Below the pieces are notes generated by a model. That model was given only the letters and a program-made list of their open reading frames with translations. It was not told the DNA's origin and made no database searches. DNA of 32,000 bases from Candidatus Brocadiaceae bacterium (GTDB lineage: Bacteria; Planctomycetota; Brocadiia; Brocadiales; Brocadiaceae). Numbering within the stretch: position 1 is the first letter of the stretch; each line of letters opens with the position of its first letter. Shown here in pieces: positions 23,908 to 32,000 of the stretch. The stretch lies in contig JBDIVL010000003.1 of NCBI GenBank assembly GCA_039794405.1, forward strand, positions 96,843 through 128,842, given 5' to 3'. Both the position numbers and the translations under genes were made by a program.

Positions 23908-23939
23908 CTGCAGGAACGCAAGGCTAAACCTCGCCTTAC
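23908..23939. repeat. Degenerate REP palindrome (reverse orientation): TGTAAGGCG...CGTTCCTGCA
   Basis: The reverse complement TGTAAGGCGAGGTTTAGCCTTGCGTTCCTGCA shares both arms with 8886-8914. The adjacent hairpin AACAAACC-cttc-GGTTTGTT lies at 23884-23903. Confidence 0.4.
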
Positions 23940-23963
23940 ATTTCTCTTCTGTCCATTCGGATC

Positions 23964-24010
23964 AGGGATGGTCACAAATGTTTTGTGATCATCCCTTTCT
24001 TTTTTGTTTG
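23964..24010 (+). terminator. Strong rho-independent terminator after the Reeler-like gene
   Basis: AGGGATGGTCACAAA-tgt-TTTGTGATCATCCCT forms a 15-bp stem with one G-T pair, followed by TTCTTTTTTGTTTG. Confidence 0.8.
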
Positions 24011-24150
24011 ATATAAAGCCAACGGATGTTAAACTAATAAAATTTATGAAAATATCTTTCTGAAATCTTTGTTAAAATTTGTTTTCTCGTGAAAAAAATC
24101 CTTCTGAAAATTCTATACATTTTTATTACTAAAGATAGGGATATTTGTTG

Positions 24151-25215
24151 ATGAAAAAAATTGCAATTACTCTTTTTTGCATACTTCTGGGTTTCTGTTC
24201 TTCCGTGCGTGCGGACACAATCACTTTGAGGAATATTAATAAGGATATTGATATTGAGGTTATGGGTGTTACCAGTGACCATGTAAATGTGGTAATAGAA
24301 AAAAAAGCCTTAAAATCTTTGAATATACAACTTGTAAACGATAAGAATTATCCCGATGCTATCTTTCTGGTTGGGACAGATGCGGCTATAGAATGTAAAA
24401 TCAAAGAAATTACAGAAGATGTCATAGCCATGCTTATTCCCACTTCCATGATTTCTTCCCTTCACATGACATTCTTCCCATCTGATGATAAAAATAAACA
24501 ATTGAAGATGGCTCCTGTATTCAATAGCTCAAGTCCCGCAGAAATTGGGAATAATCCAAAGACATCAGCGCATCTAGCTATGAAAGAAGAAAAAAAGGGT
24601 CAAATGCAAGAAGATTATCGATTCGGATCTGAAATACCTAAAGATATTATTGAGGATACAATAGTTGATGAGATAAGGACTTCTGGGGAGAAAGCAGATA
24701 TTGGTAAGGATTATCGACTAAAGCTCATAGGGAAGAAAACAAAGAATTTTCCCGGTGAAAAGGGTGATAGGATTGAGTTACAGGAAAGGCCTATAGGTAA
24801 TGAGTCTGTTGTAGAGGAAGAAGAACTGCTGGAGGATGAAGTCGATGAAGGGAATTTGGAGCAAGAAAAACCACTTATTCAAGACAGAAATTTAGGTGCT
24901 GTTGAAGGAAAAATATTCCATAGCGGGAAACCTTTGGCTGATTGTCAGGTGAGTTTGCAGAGATTGGAAAAAGGCGGGTTACTATCAAAGGGATATCGGC
25001 CGATTGAAGGTGCCACAGAATATGTGACTATTACGAATAAAGATGGGATATATCGCTTCGCGAATGTACCTCCAGGCTTGTATAAATTGTACTGGAGGTC
25101 TCATTCAGAAGAAACATGGGTAAGGCGATTTAAGATGGAACCGGATGTTATTGTTGAAGCAAATAAATTGACAAATCCTAAAGTTATTGAAACCTTAAAG
25201 AGAACATTAAATTAG
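24151..25215 (+). CDS. Secreted protein with an acidic linker and a C-terminal carboxypeptidase-regulatory-like (CarboxypepD_reg) domain
   Basis: Signal peptide MKKIAITLFCILLGFCSSVRA and a Glu-rich low-complexity middle. The C-terminus GAVEGKIFHSGKPLADCQVSL...TITNKDGIYRFANVPPGLYKLYW is typical of that beta-sandwich. Confidence 0.7.
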   Translation: MKKIAITLFCILLGFCSSVRADTITLRNINKDIDIEVMGVTSDHVNVVIEKKALKSLNIQLVNDKNYPDAIFLVGTDAAIECKIKEITEDVIAMLIPTSMISSLHMTFFPSDDKNKQLKMAPVFNSSSPAEIGNNPKTSAHLAMKEEKKGQMQEDYRFGSEIPKDIIEDTIVDEIRTSGEKADIGKDYRLKLIGKKTKNFPGEKGDRIELQERPIGNESVVEEEELLEDEVDEGNLEQEKPLIQDRNLGAVEGKIFHSGKPLADCQVSLQRLEKGGLLSKGYRPIEGATEYVTITNKDGIYRFANVPPGLYKLYWRSHSEETWVRRFKMEPDVIVEANKLTNPKVIETLKRTLN

Positions 25216-25554
25216 TCTCTCTGTTTATAAAAGTAGCAAGTGTTTCGTTTGAGAAAAATACATAACATGTTTGATTTAGTGTATATAAATAATTTTGTAA
25301 TATTAAATCTGAAATCATCTTTTCAATAATGAAATCTTTTGCAGGTTTGCTAAAGTTTAGCGGTTACTTTGCTTGTTGAGACGTATGAAAAAATAAAAAC
25401 TTGTAAAGCAAGGATTTATGTATTTTTTTTTGTTTTTTTGCTTTTTTACTAAGTTAAGGAATAAATATTGTTAAACTATGAAACCTATAAATAAGGATCA
25501 CGGTAGTAGATTTTTAAATTGGCTTTAATTTTCTTCTTATGACCGAATTTATAA

Positions 25555-25583
25555 TTGACAAATTCATAAAATATATGTAATAC
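25555..25583 (+). promoter_or_regulatory. Sigma70 promoter candidate TTGACA-N17-TAATAC heading the respiratory cluster
   Basis: Consensus -35, a 17-nt spacer and a 4/6 -10. It lies at the end of a 440-bp very AT-rich intergenic region, about 90 nt before the cupredoxin start. Confidence 0.5.
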
Positions 25584-25672
25584 TAATTATCTTGGGTTTT
25601 TCGTTTTGAACATGATTCTTATGCACATGAGTAAAATTTATAGTAACTTAGAAGATGCAGATGGAGGTAAAG

Positions 25673-26431
25673 ATGGTAAAAAGTTTGCGATTTGTTGCAA
25701 TTGCCGGTAGTCTAGCATTTGGTGTGGTGGGTGGTTTGTGCAGTATAAACAATGTTATAATGGCAAAAGATAAGGCGCCGGCCTATCAGGAAGTTGAGGT
25801 AAAAGATGGTGGGACGATTGTTGGTACCGTTAAATTTGATGGTGATATACCTGCTGCAAAGGTGTTAAAGATTGATAAGGATGAACAGACATGCGGCCAT
25901 GATAATAGGCAGTCAGAGGAATTGGTAATTAACGGGGAGTCTAAAGGAATAAAGAATGCAGTCGTGTCTCTTGTTGATATTGCAGCCGGCAAGAAGGCTG
26001 ATACAACAACTGCTGTATTAGATCAAAAAGAATGTGTTTTTGCTCCTCATATACTCGCAGTTTCAGCTGGAACCAGCGTTGACCTTTTAAACAGTGATAA
26101 TATAATGCATAATCTCCATTCCTGGTCGATTAAGAACCCAGCATTTAATGAAGGTGTATCAGGTGGCGGAAAGCTTACAAAGAAATTTGATATTCCTGAG
26201 ATGGTCAAAATAACCTGTGACGTGCATAAATGGATGAGTTCTTTTGTTGTGGTAAAGCCGAATCCCTATTTTGCTGTAACAGATGAGAATGGGCGTTTTA
26301 AGATTGAGAATGTACCTGCGGGAACTTACAAGATTGAAGCCTGGCAGGAAAAGCTTGGGAAGAAGACTGGCGAAGTTACCGTTAAGTCAAAAGAAGAATC
26401 AGTAGTAGATTTTGCTTATGCGAAAAAATAA
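25673..26431 (+). CDS. Periplasmic type-1 (blue) copper protein with an amicyanin-like ligand loop, fused to a CarboxypepD_reg-like domain
   Basis: Signal peptide, FAPH, then CDVHKWM (C-x2-H-x2-M). The C-terminus reads DENGRFKIENVPAGTYKIEAW. ATG 25673 with GGAGG upstream is preferred over 25655. Confidence 0.8.
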   Translation: MVKSLRFVAIAGSLAFGVVGGLCSINNVIMAKDKAPAYQEVEVKDGGTIVGTVKFDGDIPAAKVLKIDKDEQTCGHDNRQSEELVINGESKGIKNAVVSLVDIAAGKKADTTTAVLDQKECVFAPHILAVSAGTSVDLLNSDNIMHNLHSWSIKNPAFNEGVSGGGKLTKKFDIPEMVKITCDVHKWMSSFVVVKPNPYFAVTDENGRFKIENVPAGTYKIEAWQEKLGKKTGEVTVKSKEESVVDFAYAKK

Positions 26432-26495
26432 CTGTGATTAATGATTATAGACTTATGGATTGTGTAATTTACTCGTTTGAAAAGGCGTATTGCTA

Positions 26496-28631
26496 ATGAA
26501 TAATTCGAAGATATTACTACGGTTTACAAAAAGAAGTGTTTTTGCCGCTTTGTTGTTGCTCCTGCTTCCGATTTTTTCGCTCCTCTCGTTTCAACAAATG
26601 ATAATTGCTGAAGATGCATCGGCCCAAACGGCACCTGGTGTCGAATTGCCACAATTCGAAGCTAGTCATTCGTCCGAGCAGCCAGAGGGGCAAGCAGCGC
26701 CAAATGCTGAAGCAGCAGTGGCAGCAGAGGAAGAAGAGGTTGGGCCCGTACAATACCGTTCATTTTTTGGACTGGATTCCCGTGTAGTCGTTTGGATCGT
26801 GTCTGAGCTGCATCTCATGTTTGCTGCATTTGTACTTGGAGTTCCTATTTTTGCTGTTATCGTTGAGATTGTGGGTTTTAAAGGTGGTGATGTTAAATAT
26901 GATAAGATGGCTAAAGAGTTTACGAAGCTCTTATCTGCCGCATTTGCTACGACGGCATCGTTAGGGGGACTTCTTGCATTCTGCTTATTCGGTTTGTACC
27001 CGGAATTTATGGGACACATGACGAATGTCTTTGCTCCAACGATGTATGTCTATGCATTGATGTTTTTTGGTGAGGCCTTTACTCTCTATGCTTATTATTA
27101 CTCTTGGGACATTCTTAAGGGAACATCTGCGAAGAAATGGTTTCATATCTCGCTTGGAGTTATGCTTAACCTCTTCGGTACTGGGCTAATGTTCTTAACG
27201 AATTCATGGGCTACTTACATGATGAGTCCTGCTGGAATTGTACCGACTACGGGTAAGGTTTTAAGTATGTATGAGGCTTTCTACAATCTTCTATGGATGC
27301 CAGTAAACATTCACCGATTGATTGCTAATGTGTGCTTTGGTGGGTTTGTGGTAGGTGCGTATGCTGCTGTGAAATTTTTAGGTGCCAAGACGGAGGAAGA
27401 GAGGGCGCATTATGACTGGATGGGTTATGTTGGAAATTTTATCGGCATCGGGGCATTGATTCCTCTCCCTTTTGCCGGATACTGGCTGGGTCGTGAAATA
27501 TACAGCGCTAGTCCTGTAATGGGTAATATTATGATGGGTGGTGCGTTTTCGTGGACATTTATTATTCAGGCCATCTTGATTGGTATGTTGTTTATTGGCG
27601 CTAATTATTACTTATGGCTTGGAATGGGGAGGATTAAGGGTTCTGACCGTTACACGAAGTTTATTAAATATCTCGTCTTTATAATCTTTCTCAGTTTTGC
27701 AGTTTGGCTGACACCTCATAACTTGCCGCTCAGCGGTGAAGAAAGGGCGATGATTGGTGAGCAGTATCACCCATTCTCTAAATATTTCGGTGTGATGGCT
27801 GCGAAAAATGCAGTTGTTAATCTGATTATTCTTTCTACATTCTTTTCGTTCTTGTTGTATCGGCGCAGTAATAAAGGTGAGACTGTACCATTCTCTGAGC
27901 AGGGTAAGGCTGGAAAGATCGGCGTATTTTCAGCAGTAATTTTTTGCTTGTTGATGTTGGTATCTTATGCTATTTCTCTTAATTTTGTAGAGTTGGAGGC
28001 CAATGTAAAGGCGTTCGTGAAGCCGTTGGTACGTTCACTTTATATTCAATCATTTGCCATATGTCTGGCGGCCGTTTTAACATTCAAAAATAAGGGGAAG
28101 TTTGCTCAGATGATGTTGTTTGCGGTAACCGCTTGTATCGCTGTTCTTTATTTTTGGTATTACGGCTTTGAAGTTATGCAGAAGGCCAACCTCGTCTTGA
28201 GGTATTTGTCTGTAACGCAGGTTTCGATTGTGATGAGCTGTCTGATAATGAACGCCATCATAGATATTTTTATGTTCCGCAAGGCGAAACTTGTTGGAGG
28301 TATCGTTTGGGGAAAAATGCCGGTACGGTCCCAATATGCGTTGTTGCTGCTCTGTGTCGTTATCGTTATTCTCATGGGGTTAATGGGTTTTATCCGTTCC
28401 GGGCTTCGCATGGACTGGCATATTTATGGAGTCCTGCAGGATACCTCTCAATGGGCATATACTCCTACTTTGGCTTTTATGGGTAAAGTAGTTGGCTTAA
28501 TCGTTGCTCTTTTCTTAGGTTTGGTTGCCTTTGTGTTCTGGCTGGCAAATCTTGGGGAGAGAAAGGTGAAGGAAAAAGCGAATGCGTATGAATGTGAAAG
28601 TGTAGCAGCTAATTATGAGGACTCACACTAG
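26496..28631 (+). CDS. Cytochrome bd-like (CydA-like) polytopic membrane protein, extended, no CydB partner
   Basis: By eye, CydA landmarks are present: SELHLMFAAF (His19-like), FFGEAFTLY (Glu99-like) and PVNIHRLIANVCFGGFVVGAYAA (His186-like). There are many TM helices, an N-terminal signal/anchor plus acidic Ala/Glu linker, and only about 15 aa where the Q-loop should be. Confidence 0.8.
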   Translation: MNNSKILLRFTKRSVFAALLLLLLPIFSLLSFQQMIIAEDASAQTAPGVELPQFEASHSSEQPEGQAAPNAEAAVAAEEEEVGPVQYRSFFGLDSRVVVWIVSELHLMFAAFVLGVPIFAVIVEIVGFKGGDVKYDKMAKEFTKLLSAAFATTASLGGLLAFCLFGLYPEFMGHMTNVFAPTMYVYALMFFGEAFTLYAYYYSWDILKGTSAKKWFHISLGVMLNLFGTGLMFLTNSWATYMMSPAGIVPTTGKVLSMYEAFYNLLWMPVNIHRLIANVCFGGFVVGAYAAVKFLGAKTEEERAHYDWMGYVGNFIGIGALIPLPFAGYWLGREIYSASPVMGNIMMGGAFSWTFIIQAILIGMLFIGANYYLWLGMGRIKGSDRYTKFIKYLVFIIFLSFAVWLTPHNLPLSGEERAMIGEQYHPFSKYFGVMAAKNAVVNLIILSTFFSFLLYRRSNKGETVPFSEQGKAGKIGVFSAVIFCLLMLVSYAISLNFVELEANVKAFVKPLVRSLYIQSFAICLAAVLTFKNKGKFAQMMLFAVTACIAVLYFWYYGFEVMQKANLVLRYLSVTQVSIVMSCLIMNAIIDIFMFRKAKLVGGIVWGKMPVRSQYALLLLCVVIVILMGLMGFIRSGLRMDWHIYGVLQDTSQWAYTPTLAFMGKVVGLIVALFLGLVAFVFWLANLGERKVKEKANAYECESVAANYEDSH

Positions 28632-28645
28632 ATTTTGGGGATGGT

Positions 28646-28683
28646 CTGTGATAAAAGTTTTATTATAAAATTTTTAGTCACAG
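28646..28683 (+). other. AT-rich intercistronic stem-loop (about 17 bp with one bulge) just after the bd-like gene stop
   Basis: CTGTGATAAAAGTTTTA-tta-TAAAATTTTTAGTCACAG. There is no T-tail, so it may be an RNA stability or processing element rather than a terminator. Confidence 0.3.
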
Positions 28684-28741
28684 TTAAGGAGCTAAATTAG
28701 GTAAATCTTAAGATGGTATAATGAAGACATAGAGAGAACTT

Positions 28742-29692
28742 ATGAATAAAAGCATGTTAAAAATTACGGCTTTTGGAATTGCAGTTATTGGGTTTTATAT
28801 CTATATTACCGTGTATGTAGCTGGGCTTTCCGGTACCGGCGGGGGAGAATCCGCTGGCGGGGTGAGCCCTGAGGCTGGTGAAAAGATATTCTGGGGTGAT
28901 GGGCAGTGTGGTACTTGTCATAAAATCGGAACAAGCGGGAGCGCAACGAGAGGTCCTGACCAGGAAGGTTTGTCTTCGCGTGCAGAAGAACGCGCAAAAG
29001 AATTGGGGCTGGCTTCTGGTCTTGATTACCTTGTGGAATCTATTGTAGATCCAGAAAAATATATTGTCAAAGGTTATGATAAGATTATGCCACGGGTTTA
29101 TGATCCGCCGATTATGTTGTCACGGGAAAAAATCCTCGCAGTTATTGCCTATCTTCAGACGTTAGGTGGAGAGGCCGATTTGAATGCGGTTATGAAGTAC
29201 AAAGATAAAATTCCTGAAGCTTCTAAGAAAAAAGTAAAACCATGGGTACCACCTGTTGTAGTAGATGCAAAAGAGGGAGAGGGAGTGTTTTTCGATGAGA
29301 CGCGTCCGGTTACCTGTGGTAAATGTCATGTGGTTAATGGAAAGGGGAAGAAGGTTGGGCCGGAGTTAACGGGAATAGGCGCTATTCAAACTCCGGAGTA
29401 TTTTGTCGAGTCGATTCTTACACCGAGTGCTAAGATAGTAAAAGGTTATGAGACGATGTATGTTATTACAACGGACGGTATACCTTATAACGGCCTGATA
29501 AAAAGTGAGACTGATGAAGAAATAGTCTTACTGAAAGAAGAGAGTGGAGAGATTGAAGAGGTTGTGATTCCAAAGAGTGATATTGAAGAAATGAAAAAGC
29601 AAGAGGTTTCGATTATGCCGGGTAATATCGGTGAGTTATTAAGTGTAAAGGATTTCTACGGTATTGTATCGTTTTTACAAAGTTTAAAATAG
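28742..29692 (+). CDS. Membrane-anchored dihaem c-type cytochrome
   Basis: N-terminal TM helix plus two CxxCH sites (CGTCH, CGKCH). The second domain resembles the planctomycete-type haem-binding domain (GPELTGIG...ESIL.PS..I..GY...T.DG). Confidence 0.85.
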   Translation: MNKSMLKITAFGIAVIGFYIYITVYVAGLSGTGGGESAGGVSPEAGEKIFWGDGQCGTCHKIGTSGSATRGPDQEGLSSRAEERAKELGLASGLDYLVESIVDPEKYIVKGYDKIMPRVYDPPIMLSREKILAVIAYLQTLGGEADLNAVMKYKDKIPEASKKKVKPWVPPVVVDAKEGEGVFFDETRPVTCGKCHVVNGKGKKVGPELTGIGAIQTPEYFVESILTPSAKIVKGYETMYVITTDGIPYNGLIKSETDEEIVLLKEESGEIEEVVIPKSDIEEMKKQEVSIMPGNIGELLSVKDFYGIVSFLQSLK

Positions 29693-29737
29693 GTTAAGTT
29701 GTCATAAGTGACTGAATCAATTGACAGGAGTTAATTA

Positions 29738-30508
29738 ATGGCTAATAAGCGCAGTACGTTTTTGATGATATGGGTGATTGCAGCTGTTATCTGTTTATAT
29801 TTATTCCTTAGATATGCATCGCCAAAAATTTTTCAGGTGCTCATGGCAAAAGGTCATCCTATGCCAACACCCAGTACTTTGATGATGTGGTACATGATTA
29901 TGGGGGTACTGGCTGGCCTGGTATATGCGACTACGAGTAACCAGAAATTTGGTGATTTTCTAGGGTTTTTATTACCGGGCAGTGCTTCTACTTCAAAATA
30001 TGTTCTTCAAAAATTACTATTTGTTTCGTTTCCAATCGTTGTTGGATGGTTTGTTTACACGTGGTCTATCCCCGGTGCAGCATCACCTGTGGAACTGCGG
30101 ATCCAACATCCTACCTTACCCCAAGAGTACGAAAAGCTTGAGAATCCTTTTCGACAGGCTGATGCTGTTACACAGCGTAGGTGTATTGAAGAAGGGAAGA
30201 TACTTTTTCAAACAAATTGCCGACCATGCCATGGCTCGAAGGCCGACGGTAATGGTCCTTTTGCAAACTCTTTCCGCCTAAGGCCTATTAATTTTCAGGA
30301 TCCTGGAACGATTGCTACGGTAGTGGATAACTATCTTTTTTGGCGTATAAAAGATGGGGCTCCTGGTCTTCCGTCAGAATCTACACCTTGGGACTCTGCT
30401 ATGCCTTCCTGGAAAAACGACTTAACTGATGATGAGATTTGGAAAATAATCATGGGTGAATATGATACTGCAGGTGTTATGCCAAGGCAGAGAGAAAAGG
30501 TCGAATAA
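29738..30508 (+). CDS. Membrane-bound monohaem c-type cytochrome (3 predicted TM helices plus a class I domain)
   Basis: Hydrophobic N-terminal half, then CRPCHGSKADGNGP...AMPSW. SD AGGAG lies 9 nt upstream. Confidence 0.8.
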   Translation: MANKRSTFLMIWVIAAVICLYLFLRYASPKIFQVLMAKGHPMPTPSTLMMWYMIMGVLAGLVYATTSNQKFGDFLGFLLPGSASTSKYVLQKLLFVSFPIVVGWFVYTWSIPGAASPVELRIQHPTLPQEYEKLENPFRQADAVTQRRCIEEGKILFQTNCRPCHGSKADGNGPFANSFRLRPINFQDPGTIATVVDNYLFWRIKDGAPGLPSESTPWDSAMPSWKNDLTDDEIWKIIMGEYDTAGVMPRQREKVE

Positions 30509-30563
30509 CATTATATTATTTTTGTGGTGAAAGACTTTCATCTAAATGATTTTGGAATTTATT

Positions 30564-32000
30564 ATGAACGGCAATGGAAAAAGAGCAAGAAAAATTATGA
30601 TAAAAGTGTTTAAAAAAGGATTTGTAAGATTTACGCTAGGCGGATTATTCTGTTTTGGTTTTTTTTGTTTCGGAACTGTAGAGGTATTTGCTCAATCATC
30701 ACACCTGTTTAGAACATACAAACATGAGGTGCCTCAGAAACTAGCTGAAACACCAGATGCCATCGCTGAAGGCCAGAAAGTTTATGAAAAAAGGTGTTGG
30801 TACTGTCATGGCATTGAAGGTAAAGGCGATGGTCCTGCAATGAAAACGATGTTTCCAAAGCCTCGAAATTTTACAAGAAATGAATATAAGGTTCGTTCTA
30901 CTGCTTCTGGGTCAGTTCCAACGGATGAGGATTTGTTCAGAATTATTACCAGCGGTATTGAAGGGACAGCGATGCCATTCTGGAGTACAATCAGTGAGAG
31001 GGAACGCTGGCAGGTTATCTATTATATCAAGACCTTTAATGACCAGTTTAAAAGAGATACAAATCCTAAGGTAGTGCCGGTTGGAAGTGTTGCCTCTACC
31101 CCTGAAAGTATCAAAAGAGGGGAAGAGTTATTTAAGGAAACAAAATGTTTTGAATGTCACGGTGAAGATGGAAGAGGCAATGGGCCACTAACTGTTGCAT
31201 TGCAAACTGAATGGAATATGCCATATCGTGCGCGGGATTTGTCTAAGGCGTGGAATTTTAAAGGTGGTAATACGATAGAAGATATTTACCGTACGATTTC
31301 AACCGGTTTTAATGAAACACCGATGGGCTCTTATTTAGAAAAACTTTCTGATGAGGATCGATGGCATGTCGCTCACTATGTAAAAAGCATTGCGAGAGAC
31401 ATGGCGTCGGATGTTGTTATAAAGGTAAAGCTGTTTGAGGTTGATCAATTGCCTGCAGACCCGCTTGATGAAGGCTGGAACAAAGCCTCTGCTATGGAAG
31501 TTCCGTTAGGAGGGCAAATTATTGCTAGTCCAAGACAATGGATTCCTTCTGTAGATGCTATTATGGTTAGAGCAGTATACAATAACGACGAAATTGCCTT
31601 TTTAATGGAGTGGGACGATTCTACCAACAAGCAGGAGGAAATTTTCCGGGATGCAGTCTCGTTGCAATTTCCTACAAAAATTCCTGAATCATTGAAAAAA
31701 CCTTATTTTGCGATGGGTGATTCGAGTGGGGCGGTGAATTTATGGAGCTGGAAGGCCTTCTGGAATGAGGGTTTTGGGACGGTTATTGAAGCTTCGGAAA
31801 CAGAAGCTGGGGAAGTTGTAGAGTTGAATGCAAAAGGTTTTAATAATATTAAGAACCAGCCACCTGAGAGTCAGAACGTGACCGGCAAGGGTGTCTATCA
31901 GAACGGACGATGGAAAGTTATGTTGAAAAGGACGTTGAAAACGGATGACACGAAGGGGGATATTCAGTTTGAAATCGGAAAGCTGATCCCTGTTGCTTTT
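30564..32000 (+). CDS. Dihaem cytochrome c fused to an ethylbenzene-dehydrogenase-gamma-like (EB_dh, haem b) domain; 3' end outside the window
   Basis: This frame is missing from the ORF track because no stop is reached; I translated it by hand. It has a signal peptide, CWYCHG and CFECHG with the GDGP/GNGP pattern, then ...AVYNNDEIAFLMEWDDST...DAVSLQFP...PYFAMGDSSGAVNLWSWKA, typical of the EB_dh family. The start could be 30546, 30564 or 30597. Confidence 0.85.
   Translation, partial: MNGNGKRARKIMIKVFKKGFVRFTLGGLFCFGFFCFGTVEVFAQSSHLFRTYKHEVPQKLAETPDAIAEGQKVYEKRCWYCHGIEGKGDGPAMKTMFPKPRNFTRNEYKVRSTASGSVPTDEDLFRIITSGIEGTAMPFWSTISERERWQVIYYIKTFNDQFKRDTNPKVVPVGSVASTPESIKRGEELFKETKCFECHGEDGRGNGPLTVALQTEWNMPYRARDLSKAWNFKGGNTIEDIYRTISTGFNETPMGSYLEKLSDEDRWHVAHYVKSIARDMASDVVIKVKLFEVDQLPADPLDEGWNKASAMEVPLGGQIIASPRQWIPSVDAIMVRAVYNNDEIAFLMEWDDSTNKQEEIFRDAVSLQFPTKIPESLKKPYFAMGDSSGAVNLWSWKAFWNEGFGTVIEASETEAGEVVELNAKGFNNIKNQPPESQNVTGKGVYQNGRWKVMLKRTLKTDDTKGDIQFEIGKLIPVAF

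Noticed and set aside
24081-24112. TGTTTTCTCGTGAAAAAAATCC, superficially like the 27-nt UAS box, upstream of the 24151 gene
   Set aside because: The palindrome spacing differs (N4), there is no AAAATTTTGC core, and no -24/-12-like element lies downstream. It is probably just AT-rich promoter DNA.
26666-27019. 117-aa ORF antisense to the 5' end of the bd-like gene, with small sense and antisense ORFs at 26517 and 26605
   Set aside because: They are generated by the Ala/Glu-rich low-complexity coding region of the bd-like protein and have no independent signals.
28714-28722. Extended -10 (TGgTATAAT) upstream of the dihaem cytochrome gene
   Set aside because: It lies only about 20 nt before the start codon and has no -35. 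It could be an internal promoter, but a chance match in AT-rich DNA is equally likely.

Overview
AT-rich 32-kb window (about 40% GC by eye). Gene content and intergenic palindromes of the TGTAGGGGC...GCCCCTACA type remind me of an anammox planctomycete (Brocadiales); this is a guess from memory, not a search result. The window has three blocks. (A) 1-10.6 kb: lpxD on the plus strand, then a minus-strand accessory island. The island holds a PAS histidine kinase, a sigma54 enhancer-binding response regulator, a protoglobin plus ferredoxin pair, decayed CheY-like and flagellin relics, a hemerythrin plus stand-alone receiver, a small Cys ORF and a two-domain multicopper oxidase. Two of these units carry the same -24/-12-like element and the same 27-nt upstream box at the same spacing. 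I read this as one sigma54-controlled O2/NO-handling regulon, and it is my best candidate for an undescribed system. (B) 10.6-22.2 kb: plus-strand housekeeping genes gltX, a PfkB kinase, thpR, recA, alaS, rpmF, plsX, fabH, fabD, acpP and fabF. The canonical fabG slot is empty. (C) 22.2-32 kb: plus-strand secreted and respiratory genes. These are a Reeler-like beta-sandwich protein, a carboxypeptidase-regulatory-domain protein, an amicyanin-like cupredoxin, a 713-aa cytochrome bd-like (CydA-like) membrane protein without cydB, two c-type cytochromes, and a dihaem c fused to an ethylbenzene-dehydrogenase-gamma-like domain that runs off the window end. No rRNA, tRNA, CRISPR array or intact mobile element was seen. 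Several REP-like hairpin families populate the intergenic regions. All calls come from reading the sequence and ORF translations by eye, with no searches run.
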